A DNA stretch of 64,000 bases from an uncultured cyanobacterium (GTDB taxonomy: Bacteria > Cyanobacteriota > Cyanobacteriia > Phormidesmidales > Phormidesmidaceae), in NCBI GenBank assembly GCA_963793265.1, contig CAWBZI010000001.1:1696001-1760000 (forward strand), read 5' to 3'. Numbering within the stretch: position 1 is the first letter of the stretch; every line of letters begins with the position of its first letter. Under the pieces are notes generated by a model. The model saw nothing but the letters and a program-made list of their open reading frames with translations, was not told the DNA's origin and did no database searches. This document shows positions 48,362-58,361 of the stretch, one piece after another. The translations under genes and the position numbers were made by a program.

Positions 48362-49891
48362 ATGGCCACTAAACTCTCAAGATTTAAAGACTGGCTGCTA
48401 AACAAGCGCCAGTTTCGGGTGGCGTGGTTTGCCAAAGATGCCAATCAAAAGCCAGAACCTGAAGAAGCGCTCTCACAGCTTCCTGATGATATGGCTGATG
48501 AGCTAATGGCAGCGCTCAATGATTTGCCCATTCATCCCAAAGAGAAAGAGACGGTTTTAGACGCGCTAGATGAGGCGATTACGCAGTGGCGAAAGCATCC
48601 TCATTTGGCTAGCAACTCGGTGGTGGTACTCTCTCATCCGGTGTCATCAGTGGCGCGTATCCTCACCGAAAGTCTGCACGAGCTGCGGATACACAAAGAC
48701 AACCCGCTCGATGTTAGATTGCTTGACTGGGTGGAGCGCCCGCCTGACTCGGGCAGCATTAAACAGCAAATAAAAGAGAAGCTGGAATGGGACGAGGAAG
48801 ATTTGCCCGAAGACATTGAGACGGGTGAGCGGCGCGATAAAAGCGTGGGGGACTCTGATGAGCGAGACGATAGATCTGCCGATAAGCGCAAGACCCTGGC
48901 GGTGATTCCTAACATGTGCTGGTGCTTTTTGCGCAGTGCAGATGGGCTTGAGGGGGTGGACTATTTGCAAGAGACTTTGCTGAGCGATCGCAACCAGTTT
49001 TGGGCGATTGGCACAGGTCAGGTGGGCTGGGAATATTTAAAGTCAACGCTGAAATTTCATGCCTATTGTGGTGAAACTATAGCGCTGAAGCCGTTAACGG
49101 GTGAAGAGATAGAAGACTGGCTGAAGCCTGTGATTGATAAGTTTGAGATTCAGTTTACAGATGCGGCGATTCATAAGCGATTAACCGATCCAAATACGCT
49201 ATTGGATTTAGATATTTCGTCTGGAAATCCGATAGAGGCAGTTTCTGAGATTACGCAAGAAGTCTCTGCAACCGTGCAGTCTTCTGTAAGAGCTGCTAAA
49301 GACAAGCTACTCTCAGATTATGAGAAAAAAGAATCGAAAGATGCCGATACTAGCCCCAGAAAAGAGTACTTTGAGCGGCTAGCAGATATGTCGGATGGCG
49401 TCAGCGTGGTTGCTTTGCAGCTATTTGTAAAATCGCTGAGATACCGAGAAGTTTTAGAAGACGTTTTGAAAAAAGAGCCAGAAGGCGGCATTCAAGGTCA
49501 TTTGCCAAAACCGCCTACAGATACGCCTAAGACAGATCAGTCCTCTGTAGCGCGTGAGGCAGAAGATCAGACAGATAAAGAGGAACCTGATCCTGAAAAA
49601 GAGCCAGAAAAAGAGATTATTGCAGTAATGCCCAAGCTTGCACCTTTACCTGAGCTGAGCCAAAGCGACTTATACCTGCTTTATTCACTCATGCTGCATG
49701 GAGACTTGACTATCAAAGCGCTTGCTAAGAGCTTAGGCGATGCGCCTCAGGTGGTTAACAATCAGGTGCAGATGTTGCGAAATGCGGGTGTAATTGAGCA
49801 GAAGAACGGTGTGATTAAGACGAATCCCGTACACTATCCCAAGCTGCGACGAGAACTTTCTAGGAACAACTTTATTATTGAGGTGCCCTAA
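48362..49891 (+). CDS. Hypothetical protein, possible degenerate P-loop-like domain plus C-terminal winged HTH
   Basis: 509 aa between two mscS genes; C-terminal LYSLMLHGDLTIKALAKSLG...VQMLRNAGVI is wHTH-like; no intact Walker A. Confidence 0.7.
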   Translation: MATKLSRFKDWLLNKRQFRVAWFAKDANQKPEPEEALSQLPDDMADELMAALNDLPIHPKEKETVLDALDEAITQWRKHPHLASNSVVVLSHPVSSVARILTESLHELRIHKDNPLDVRLLDWVERPPDSGSIKQQIKEKLEWDEEDLPEDIETGERRDKSVGDSDERDDRSADKRKTLAVIPNMCWCFLRSADGLEGVDYLQETLLSDRNQFWAIGTGQVGWEYLKSTLKFHAYCGETIALKPLTGEEIEDWLKPVIDKFEIQFTDAAIHKRLTDPNTLLDLDISSGNPIEAVSEITQEVSATVQSSVRAAKDKLLSDYEKKESKDADTSPRKEYFERLADMSDGVSVVALQLFVKSLRYREVLEDVLKKEPEGGIQGHLPKPPTDTPKTDQSSVAREAEDQTDKEEPDPEKEPEKEIIAVMPKLAPLPELSQSDLYLLYSLMLHGDLTIKALAKSLGDAPQVVNNQVQMLRNAGVIEQKNGVIKTNPVHYPKLRRELSRNNFIIEVP

Positions 49892-49905
49892 GCGGGTATG
49901 CGCTC

Positions 49906-50832
49906 ATGATTAATTCTCAACTGTTGGGTTTGTCTTTGCTGGCGCAGTCGGCTGGAAAGTCGGCAAGAGATGCGGCAAAGGGGGCGGCTGAAAATGCCGG
50001 TAAGGCAGCGGGTGAGGCAGCGAGCGAAACCGCTAATCAGACCAAAGAACTGCTAACGAAGATTACCGGGCCTAAGATTATTCAGGCTTTGTTTATTGTG
50101 GTGACGGCCTATGCCATTATCAAGTCGGTGGACTGGCTAGTGATTACGGTTTCTGAAAAAGTGGCCCGTCACAACCGGCTGCGAATTAAGCAGTTTCAGC
50201 CCTTTGTACGGACACTGGTAATGACGATTACGGTGGTCATGCTGATGAACCTGTTCTTGAATCTTTCGAGAGAGAATGTGCTGGCGGTGACCGGTACGGT
50301 GGCGGTGGCTTTGGGCTTTGCTTTTAAGGACTACGCCAGCTCTGTGATCGCAGGCATTGTTGGTTTGTTTGAAGCGCCTTATCGGGTAGGCGATCGCATT
50401 GCCATTGCCGATGAATATGGCGAAGTTGTCAGCTACGGCCTGCGCGGCATTCGCATTCAAACGCCTGGTGACAATATTGTCACAGTGCCACACAGCTATA
50501 TTTGGACAAACTCGGTTTCTAACGCGAATATGGGCGAGCTAGAGGCGCAGGTGGTGACAGAGTTTTATATGGCGCATGAGGTGAACCCGGAGCAAGTAGA
50601 GAATATTTTGTATCGGATTGCCTATACGAGTAAGTACACGCATCTGAAGCTGCCGATTATTGTCGTGATGGCAGAGCATAGCTGGGGCTCTTTGTTTAAG
50701 CTGCGCTCGTATCCGTTAGATGCTCGTGATGAGTTTGCTTATAAGACGGACTTGACGGTGCGAGCAAAAAAGGAATTTGCAAAGCGCAATATGCCGTATC
50801 CCAGACGGTTTGATCTGGTGGATGCAGAGTAG
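49906..50832 (+). CDS. MscS-family mechanosensitive channel
   Basis: VAVALGFAFKDY...PYRVGDRI...YGEV...GLR. Confidence 0.92.
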   Translation: MINSQLLGLSLLAQSAGKSARDAAKGAAENAGKAAGEAASETANQTKELLTKITGPKIIQALFIVVTAYAIIKSVDWLVITVSEKVARHNRLRIKQFQPFVRTLVMTITVVMLMNLFLNLSRENVLAVTGTVAVALGFAFKDYASSVIAGIVGLFEAPYRVGDRIAIADEYGEVVSYGLRGIRIQTPGDNIVTVPHSYIWTNSVSNANMGELEAQVVTEFYMAHEVNPEQVENILYRIAYTSKYTHLKLPIIVVMAEHSWGSLFKLRSYPLDARDEFAYKTDLTVRAKKEFAKRNMPYPRRFDLVDAE

Positions 50833-50852
50833 GGGCGTAGGGGCGTAGGGTT

Positions 50853-52019
50853 CTAAAGAGGTAGTGCCACGGTAAACGTCGTGCCTTTATCTACTTCGCT
50901 ATGAACCGATATGGTGCCCTGGTGTCTATCAACGCACTGTTTAACAATGCTGAGGCCCAACCCAGTTCCGGGAGTAGAGCCAACGTTGCTAGCGCGGAAA
51001 AAGGTGTCGAACAAAGAGGCTTGTTCTTCAAGTGGAATGCCGCGCCCTTGGTCTACGACTTCAAACAAGAGCTGGTCTTTGGTTTGCTTAAGAGTGAGGG
51101 CGATCGCACCATCAGGCGGCGAATATTTCATCGCATTAGAAAGCAAGTTAGTCAAAATAGTATCCACTAGAGCAGTATCAATAGAAACCACATCAATGTC
51201 ATCTGGTACGCGCAGCTCAATCTCTTGAGCTACGCTGGTATCTCCAGCACTGCTCAGTTCCAGGTTATCAATCAGACTTTGACAATAGAGAGAGAGATCT
51301 ATCGGCGCTGGTGCGAAGTCTGACTTATTAAGCTCATGGCGGCTCAGCGTTAGCAGCTCGTCTAACAAGGCGATGAGCTTTCTCACCATTTTATTGATGC
51401 GCCTGAACATGTCTTGCTTTTTCTCTGGGCTCATGCGCTGTTCGCGGGTTTCTAACAGTTGCGCAATGCCTGAAATAACAGAGAGCGGGTTGCGAAACTC
51501 GTGAGAAACCACAGAGACAAAGCGTGATTTGAGCGCGTTCATTTCCTCCAAACGCTGGTTTTGCTCGTGGATTTGGAGGGATAGGTGGCGCGATCGCAGC
51601 AGTATAGAAATCCGAATATCCAGCTCATAGGGATCAACCGGCAGCGTTACCACATCATCAATCTGGTAGCGCATATCTGTGGGCATAACCGCTAGCGCAT
51701 TTTTAGGCACCAGCGCCAGCACAGGCAAAAATAGCGGCTCGATGCTCTGTCGCCATTCACGCAAAATAACCCAGTGGCGCTGTAGCTCAGAGGCGTCTAG
51801 AATTGCCAGATCAAACTCGCTGCTATCAATCTCCGCTAGGGGCAGCGCGCCCGGCTTTGGCAGCACAATCTCAAACTTAGACTCGAGCTTTTGTACGAGC
51901 AAGCGTCTGTTTTCACCCTCTTTTAAGAGCAGCAGCAGTCGGCGTTTTGTTTTCACAACATAAACAGAGGCAGGGGCTACAGAATAAGCCAGGGCAGGGG
52001 CTATAGATCCTTGATTCAT
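50853..52019 (-). CDS. Histidine kinase with N-terminal pseudo-receiver domain
   Basis: VSHEFRNPL H-box, NLLSNAMKYS, GTGLGL; degenerate receiver (FDLAILD, LPVL, VTLPVD). Confidence 0.88.
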   Translation of the reverse strand: MNQGSIAPALAYSVAPASVYVVKTKRRLLLLLKEGENRRLLVQKLESKFEIVLPKPGALPLAEIDSSEFDLAILDASELQRHWVILREWRQSIEPLFLPVLALVPKNALAVMPTDMRYQIDDVVTLPVDPYELDIRISILLRSRHLSLQIHEQNQRLEEMNALKSRFVSVVSHEFRNPLSVISGIAQLLETREQRMSPEKKQDMFRRINKMVRKLIALLDELLTLSRHELNKSDFAPAPIDLSLYCQSLIDNLELSSAGDTSVAQEIELRVPDDIDVVSIDTALVDTILTNLLSNAMKYSPPDGAIALTLKQTKDQLLFEVVDQGRGIPLEEQASLFDTFFRASNVGSTPGTGLGLSIVKQCVDRHQGTISVHSEVDKGTTFTVALPL

Positions 52020-53518
52020 AAACCGGCAGAGGTTCGATTGGGCAATTGGGATATGGGCTGAGGCGGCGGCTCAATCCAGCTAGGGGTGCCGCTTAGAATA
52101 TTGCGCAGGTTCGTGAGCGGAGCGCCCACCTTAACACCGTACTTTGTAATTTCAAACTCTCGCAGCGTTTGCTCAAAGCTAGAAAGCCGCTTCTTGAGCA
52201 CCCCAATGGCTTTGCGCATTCGGCCATCAATCTCTAAATGGCGCAAAAAGATAATGTTGTCGGCCAGGTAGCTAATGCCCTGTCCGGTCGCTTGAAAGTC
52301 ACCTGTGATTGTGTCTAGCTCGTTGATCAGCAGCGTGGTTACGCCCATATTCTGTAAGTACCGGCAGAGCGCGTGTACGTGGCCTATGAGATCTTCACCC
52401 CTAATGGACGTGCTGTAGCCCGCAATGCTGTCAATCATGACAATTTTGGCCTGCTGCTGCTCTACCTCGCGGCGCACCGATTGCACAAACTCATCAGGCG
52501 ATAGCTCCATCGCTTCAATCGCCTCAATTACCAGCGTACCTTGATCGACCATTGAGCGTACCGGAATGCTAATGCCTTCACTGCGATAGGCAATGGTGTC
52601 TTTGGACTCTTCAAAGGTATATATCACCGAGCGATCGCCTCTTCCGGCAGCTTCTTTCATAAACTGAACCCCGAAGGTGGTTTTGCCAACGCCGGTTGGC
52701 CCGGTAATAATCGTCACGGTGCCCCGCTCAATGCCGCCGTGCAGCAGCTCATTAATTTCAGGAACGCCTGAGCTGAGTATCGTCGGCTCAAACGTTCGTC
52801 CGAACGATCTAGGCCGCAGCTTAGGGAAAACCTCTGCACCCTGGGCGGTGAGCTTAAGCGCATGAGGGCCTTCTACAAACCCAGAGCCTCTAAACTTTTC
52901 GACTTGAATAGTGCGCTTGCCTTCGTGCGCTTTAACCGAAAGCACCCCATCGCATAAAAATTGCAGGTCTTCATCTTGAGCAGATTGAACGCTCTCAGAA
53001 GTGAGCAGCGTAGTCGCCCCCTGGCCTGTCAGGTAGCGAATAAAAGAGAGCACCTGCTGATGAAACAGGTAGCTATCTGTAGACAAGTAGCGAAACTGCG
53101 TCACAGAATCTACAAAAACCCATCTGGGCTTAAGCGTTTGAATGCTTTCGATAATCTGATTCGTGACCGATTCACGCTCGACATCAGCCGGTAAAAAGAT
53201 GTCGTATGACCTGTCTTCAGTAAAAAACTCGGCAGAAGGGCTCAGATCTAGGAAGTGTATGTGGGCTAGTTCAATCCCAATATTCTCTGCATTTTGTCTG
53301 ATTTTTGCTTCGGCTTCGCCCAGCGTCACAAACAAAGCCACTTCTTTTTTAGAGGCCGAGGCTGCTAAAAACTGTAGGCCAATCGTCGTTTTTCCGGTGC
53401 CCGGCCCGCCTCTAATAAGATAGGTCTGATTGATGACTAGGCCATCGTCAAGGATGCTATCGAGCCCAGAAATGCCTGTAGATACGCGATTTTTAACTGC
53501 TTTAACACCGATGCTCAT
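52016..53518 (-). CDS. KaiC-like duplicated RecA-fold ATPase (non-clock type)
   Basis: Two STG/SSG...G.PG/TG.GKT domains, TFEE, IDS, VEKFRGS and VLKKR; ISYLAD in place of ISTITD. Confidence 0.9.
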   Translation of the reverse strand: MSIGVKAVKNRVSTGISGLDSILDDGLVINQTYLIRGGPGTGKTTIGLQFLAASASKKEVALFVTLGEAEAKIRQNAENIGIELAHIHFLDLSPSAEFFTEDRSYDIFLPADVERESVTNQIIESIQTLKPRWVFVDSVTQFRYLSTDSYLFHQQVLSFIRYLTGQGATTLLTSESVQSAQDEDLQFLCDGVLSVKAHEGKRTIQVEKFRGSGFVEGPHALKLTAQGAEVFPKLRPRSFGRTFEPTILSSGVPEINELLHGGIERGTVTIITGPTGVGKTTFGVQFMKEAAGRGDRSVIYTFEESKDTIAYRSEGISIPVRSMVDQGTLVIEAIEAMELSPDEFVQSVRREVEQQQAKIVMIDSIAGYSTSIRGEDLIGHVHALCRYLQNMGVTTLLINELDTITGDFQATGQGISYLADNIIFLRHLEIDGRMRKAIGVLKKRLSSFEQTLREFEITKYGVKVGAPLTNLRNILSGTPSWIEPPPQPISQLPNRTSAGL

Positions 53519-53612
53519 ACTAAAAAGGGGGCTCTGGGTAATATATATTTTTATTTTTGATTATCCGGTACTGAGTCACAGTTTGCTACAGGCAAACTGC
53601 AAAGAAATACAA

Positions 53613-53663
53613 AAGCTCTGGTTATCGGACACTTAAAGCGTTCCTAATAACCAGAGCCTTTTT
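53613..53663 (-). terminator. Hairpin after the 1052-aa gene
   Basis: aagctctggttat...ataaccagagcctt. Confidence 0.55.
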
Positions 53664-53705
53664 AATGGCTAGCAAACAGCGATTACAGTCCGCCGTTTGC
53701 AATGC

Positions 53706-56700
53706 CTATACGCCTGTAACGGCTAAGAATCCACCGAGGGCAGAGAGAATAGCAGAGAGTAGCGCAGTGGAGAAGAGCCACCAGGCAGCGGCTTCTGCGG
53801 CTGCTTTGGTATCTTCCATTTGCTGCTGCGTCTGCTGCTTAATGCTCGCTACGCGGTGCTCAATCTGCTGCTCTATGCGCTCAGCTCTACTAATGACGTT
53901 ATCGCGAGCGGCCTCTACTTGATCGATCACACGGTTGGCATCTCGCTTGGAGATGCTGTTGTGAGAGCTAACGATGGCAACGAGGGTGTCGCGATCGAAG
54001 CGAGAGAGGCGATCGCGAATGGCAGACGCGCCCGCTTGGGGATCGTCAAACAGCGTGCGAACGTCGCTCTTAATATCGTAGTAGTCAAGCTCTGGGCGAT
54101 CGAGAGACTGCAAGTAGTCACGAATGCTCGCAAAGATGCTGTCTACCGCAGACTCCAGGCTGCGCTGAACGCTGCGGATTTGGCCTTTGATTTGGTGGCG
54201 AACATCGGTGATGCGGCCAACCACTTCAGCGGCTTCTTCCTCAGTCATATCAGGGCGCTGAGCCAGTAGAGCAACCATAGTGGAGTCGTCCATTTGGGAG
54301 ATGCGATCGCCCAGGCGGCTAGCCCCTAGCTTAGGATCGTTCAGCAACAGCTTCAGATCACGCTTAATGCCCGTAGGGTTCAGCTCGTCTTTGTTAGTGT
54401 TGCTGAGATAGTCTTCTAGCGCAGACTGGAAGGAGAAGGCTTGAGACTTGGTGGCCTCAGTAGCCCGGCGAGCAAAGCGACGAGGCGACTTAATCACGCT
54501 TTGAATAGAAGAGAGGGTGTCGTCAATCGTGCGATTGATTTCATCTTCACTCATGTCGTCGCGCTGATTGAGCAGTTGCACTAGCGTGTCGCGATCCATT
54601 TTAGAAAGGCGGTAGCGGATGGCCTGTGCGCCGACTTTGGGATTGTCGATGAGCTTTTGCAAATCGCGCTTAATGCCTTCAGGGCTTAGCTCTGGCTTGC
54701 CTGTATTCCGAAGGTACTCAGAAATCGCGCTGGTGGCGTCTTCGTACTTCATCTGGGCCTGAGCGGCGACCTTTTTAGGCGATCGCAATGCAGCTGTCCA
54801 GTTCTCTTCAACCGAATTAATCACCTGATCAATCTCTTGCTCAGAGAACTCAGGGCGCTGAGCGAGCAGACTCACTAGCGTGGTGCGATCAAACTGAGCG
54901 GCCCGGCCACGAACGCGGCGAATTCCTTCATTGGGTTCATTTAAGAGCGCTTGGATGTCACGCTTAATGCTGTCGGGGTTCAGCTCATCTTTACCCGTGC
55001 TGCGCAGGTAGTCTTCGAGTGACTGCTGCTGCTGCTGCAAGCGAACTTTAGCGGCTTTGTCTACGCCTTCAGCATCAGCGATGGTGCGCTTAAGCAGATT
55101 GTCGTAATGCTCAGCAGTTTCGTGCGCTGCAACGTCATTACGCGAAGTCAGGAACTGACGCAGGTGGTCGGCAGTAATTTTGCTCAAGCGAGCGCGCAAG
55201 TCGTCAGAATCTAGCGGCTCATCGTCCAGAATCGCCTTGAACGCTCTATCGCCCATTTCAGAGGAGAGTTCGCTAGCAGGCGTGTATTTTAAGAAGGTAT
55301 GGATTTGCTGATGGATGCGCTTTTCAGCCGCGATCGCCTCAGCCGCCATTACATTCTTCAATACCGTCTGACGCACAATTTCCATGCGGGTGGAAATGTC
55401 TCTAATTTCGTCCTGCGTCAGCATACCGCGCTCAGAGAGCGCCTTTTTGAAGGTATCTCGACCAAAGTCAGAGAGATAGTGTCTTAGATCTGTTGCATCA
55501 GCTTCAGGGTCGTAGAGCACATTGCGGAAGGCAGCGTCCATTTCAGGAGACTTTAGCTCGCCAATGTAGGCATGGTGAATGTAATTCTCCGCGTCAGCTT
55601 TAATGATGTTGCCTTTAGGCATCGCATCTTTAAGCTGGCTAGGCATGTTGCCTTTTGCCTGGCCTGTAATCTCGCTTTGAGCCGTCTTAATTTGGTCAAC
55701 AATCTTATTGGCATCAACATCTGAAAGATCAACCTTTGCCATCACCATACTCACAGCGGAGTTGAGGTTACGCGCGAAGGTCTTCTTCAAGAAACCGGGT
55801 TCGTCATTACCCTGATTGCCTTGATTGCCCTTGTTTTGAGAACTTCCGTTCTGCGCTCTGATCTCGTTAACGAGCTGACCGAGCTGATCGGTTAAGCCCT
55901 TAGAGGCTAGCTGCCCGCCTGTTGCCGAAGCAACAAAGGTCATCAAATCGCCCATGCTGTTGCTGCTAGCAGTGTTGTTTTGCCACACTTTGTACAGACG
56001 CTTAGCGAGGCTATCGCTTTCTGACTTGGAGAGATCGGTGCGATCACTCAACAGCTCGGCAAAGGTCTTTTCGTCTACCTTAGGCAGCGCGTCGCGATCC
56101 ACATTCGCCAAATCAGAGCCTTTAATCAGGCGCTCAAATTCTTGTTCTACAGAAGAAACGTCTACTTCAGGCGACTTTAACTTAGCAACGTATCTCTGCA
56201 AGTTCTCTTGAATACCTTCGGTATCAATGCCCTGCGTGAACTCCCTGCGGACGGCAGCAGCAGCAGCTTCAGCCGTATTGACAACCTGATCGCTAGCACT
56301 TTTTGCACCAATCGCAGCAGTGGCCGTGCCGACCATTGCCTGAAACCCATTCGTGACTGACTTGACGACTGAGCCCGCCATAGAGCCGATAGCCGTAGAG
56401 CTAAACCACGTGAGCAGTGAGAAATACAGCGCCCAGATGATCAGGCCGGTAATCGCGCCAATTCGAGGATCGGGGTAAACGTTAAGCGTGACGGCCATCC
56501 AGCAGGCGAAAAACAGTGCTAGGCAAACCGTGATCAGCGTCCATGCGCCAAAGGCTAAGCTGATCTTTTTAATGATGCTGCCGCCGCCTGAGCTATCAGA
56601 GCTAGAAGACCCGGAGCTATCGGAGCTACTGCCGGAGTGCGCAACGTAGGAGACACCCGCCGCCATGGAAAGGTTAGTAAGTAGTAACTGAAATCCAAAG

Positions 56701-56864
56701 GCTAAGATGACGCCGGATAAAACCGCGATGATAACCTGTGGGCCGTTTACAGCGACAGGCACTTCATCTAGGATTATGGTGTCTGGGGCCTGGGCAAGCG
56801 TGTAAGCTACCCCACCGGCTATGTGAGTATGCGTGGCCGATAACAGGCCCTCGTAAAATTCCAT
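53706..56864 (-). CDS. Large membrane-anchored helical repeat protein
   Basis: Three N-terminal TM segments, one C-terminal TM, and about four ~100-aa repeats (DYL..T.K.EL.P..IKRD...L...P...DR.TLV.LL.QR...). Confidence 0.85.
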   Translation of the reverse strand: MEFYEGLLSATHTHIAGGVAYTLAQAPDTIILDEVPVAVNGPQVIIAVLSGVILAFGFQLLLTNLSMAAGVSYVAHSGSSSDSSGSSSSDSSGGGSIIKKISLAFGAWTLITVCLALFFACWMAVTLNVYPDPRIGAITGLIIWALYFSLLTWFSSTAIGSMAGSVVKSVTNGFQAMVGTATAAIGAKSASDQVVNTAEAAAAAVRREFTQGIDTEGIQENLQRYVAKLKSPEVDVSSVEQEFERLIKGSDLANVDRDALPKVDEKTFAELLSDRTDLSKSESDSLAKRLYKVWQNNTASSNSMGDLMTFVASATGGQLASKGLTDQLGQLVNEIRAQNGSSQNKGNQGNQGNDEPGFLKKTFARNLNSAVSMVMAKVDLSDVDANKIVDQIKTAQSEITGQAKGNMPSQLKDAMPKGNIIKADAENYIHHAYIGELKSPEMDAAFRNVLYDPEADATDLRHYLSDFGRDTFKKALSERGMLTQDEIRDISTRMEIVRQTVLKNVMAAEAIAAEKRIHQQIHTFLKYTPASELSSEMGDRAFKAILDDEPLDSDDLRARLSKITADHLRQFLTSRNDVAAHETAEHYDNLLKRTIADAEGVDKAAKVRLQQQQQSLEDYLRSTGKDELNPDSIKRDIQALLNEPNEGIRRVRGRAAQFDRTTLVSLLAQRPEFSEQEIDQVINSVEENWTAALRSPKKVAAQAQMKYEDATSAISEYLRNTGKPELSPEGIKRDLQKLIDNPKVGAQAIRYRLSKMDRDTLVQLLNQRDDMSEDEINRTIDDTLSSIQSVIKSPRRFARRATEATKSQAFSFQSALEDYLSNTNKDELNPTGIKRDLKLLLNDPKLGASRLGDRISQMDDSTMVALLAQRPDMTEEEAAEVVGRITDVRHQIKGQIRSVQRSLESAVDSIFASIRDYLQSLDRPELDYYDIKSDVRTLFDDPQAGASAIRDRLSRFDRDTLVAIVSSHNSISKRDANRVIDQVEAARDNVISRAERIEQQIEHRVASIKQQTQQQMEDTKAAAEAAAWWLFSTALLSAILSALGGFLAVTGV

Positions 56865-56936
56865 AGTGTGTGTGCTCTCCTATTTTGTACAAGTGGCTAT
56901 CCTCACTATTAATAGGTGCTTACGGGGGTTTCTCCC

Positions 56937-56952
56937 TCTCCCACAGGAAAGA
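56937..56952. promoter_or_regulatory. Candidate 7-2-7 operator TCTCCCA-CA-GGAAAGA (second site at 56992-57007)
   Basis: Upstream of the 1052-aa gene; matches the recurrent palindrome. Confidence 0.45.
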
Positions 56953-57068
56953 AGCACACCCAACAGATCTATCTCAACGGTAGTGACAGGTTCATCCTTT
57001 AGGCATAGCGAAAACGGGCGAGGTCGGCGGTTCTACAGAGTCAAGATCAGGAACTTTGTTTTGAGGTA

Positions 57069-58349
57069 TTAGTCGGGAGGCTCTAACAGCGTGACATTCA
57101 CAAGCGGCGTGACATTAAAGCCCTCTTGTAATAGTTCACTCTGAATCTCTTTAGTAAGGCGGCGGCTCATTGACTCAGCCGAGACATCCTGGCCCTTACG
57201 AGGCTGCACATAAACGTTACTGAGCAGCGTATTTTGATCGGGGATACTGCCTCTTGTAAAACTCACGTCGCTTTCTACTAAGCTGACATAAGGATCGTTA
57301 CCAACCACTTCTTGAACGATAGCGGCGGCTCTTTGGGTGCGGCTAGAGCGCAAAAGACTCGGTGAGCTAGAGAACTGCCAGCCGAGCAAGAGCGCCAGCG
57401 CTAGCGCTGAAACGCCCATCGCGATTGGAAAGAACTTTTGCTTACCTCGCTTGTACACAGCGCCTTTTGAATTTAGGCCATAGATGCGAAAGACAGTGGC
57501 GCAGGAAAGGTTGATGCCTACGAGCTGTAAAAGCAACAAGAATACGCCGCTCACAACCATTTCGGGCTTACCGATGGCGATCGCCATGCCAATTAGTCCA
57601 GCAGGCGGCGCTAAAGCTGCGGCCACCAGCATTCCAATCGCCGTACCCGACACCAGCGAGCTACGTTCAGACTGCACAAGCTGTAGGGCACCTGCTACAC
57701 CACCAGCAAGGGGCAATAGCGCGGCGGTCGCTGATATTTCACTGGTAGAAACCATCTGGCTAGTGGCGACCGATTGGCGAAATAGTAGGCTGAGCGCCAA
57801 GGTGACACTCACAACGACAGCGAGCGCCACGAAGTATCTTAAAACGCTGCGCTTGAGGAGTAAAAGGTCACCTCTAGCTGTAGCAATACCTACGTTCATG
57901 GCGGGGCCACCAAAGGGCGCGATGAGCATAGAGGCGACAAGTAGGAACACGCTGTTGGTATATAGCCCAATCCAAACGATGACGCCTGCGATCGCCGCGT
58001 AAGCAATAAAACTGGGCCAGGAGCCAATGCTTTGCACACCCTGTAAAAAGACTTCAATCGGGCTACGCGACTGCACCTCCTGCTGGCTTTGAGGAATTTC
58101 GTCGGTCGGTAAATGAACCGATAAAACCGCACTGGGCGCAAGTGAAATATCAGCCTGGGGCAGTTCTCTTTCAATCGCCTCTAAAAAAAGGCCCACCTTG
58201 CCGTTAGGCAGTAGCGCCATCAGGCTTTCGAGACTGCCGTCTGGCCCGGTTGCCGTGCTCAGCAGCAGATGTTTGCCATCGTGCTTTTGCGCGATATGCA
58301 AAACCTGCTTGCCGTGTCCTGTGGGCACCTGAATCGTGAGCTGACGCAT
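57069..58349 (-). CDS. DUF389 (TIGR00341-like) membrane protein
   Basis: GLYTNS..LLVASMLIAP..GP and GMLVAAALAPPA; multiple TM segments. Confidence 0.85.
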   Translation of the reverse strand: MRQLTIQVPTGHGKQVLHIAQKHDGKHLLLSTATGPDGSLESLMALLPNGKVGLFLEAIERELPQADISLAPSAVLSVHLPTDEIPQSQQEVQSRSPIEVFLQGVQSIGSWPSFIAYAAIAGVIVWIGLYTNSVFLLVASMLIAPFGGPAMNVGIATARGDLLLLKRSVLRYFVALAVVVSVTLALSLLFRQSVATSQMVSTSEISATAALLPLAGGVAGALQLVQSERSSLVSGTAIGMLVAAALAPPAGLIGMAIAIGKPEMVVSGVFLLLLQLVGINLSCATVFRIYGLNSKGAVYKRGKQKFFPIAMGVSALALALLLGWQFSSSPSLLRSSRTQRAAAIVQEVVGNDPYVSLVESDVSFTRGSIPDQNTLLSNVYVQPRKGQDVSAESMSRRLTKEIQSELLQEGFNVTPLVNVTLLEPPD

Positions 58350-58361
58350 GTGGTTAGGCCG

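Noticed and set aside
52016..53518. Circadian kaiC
   Set aside because: No kaiA/kaiB nearby, S-Y instead of the S-T phosphosites, and a divergent C-terminus.
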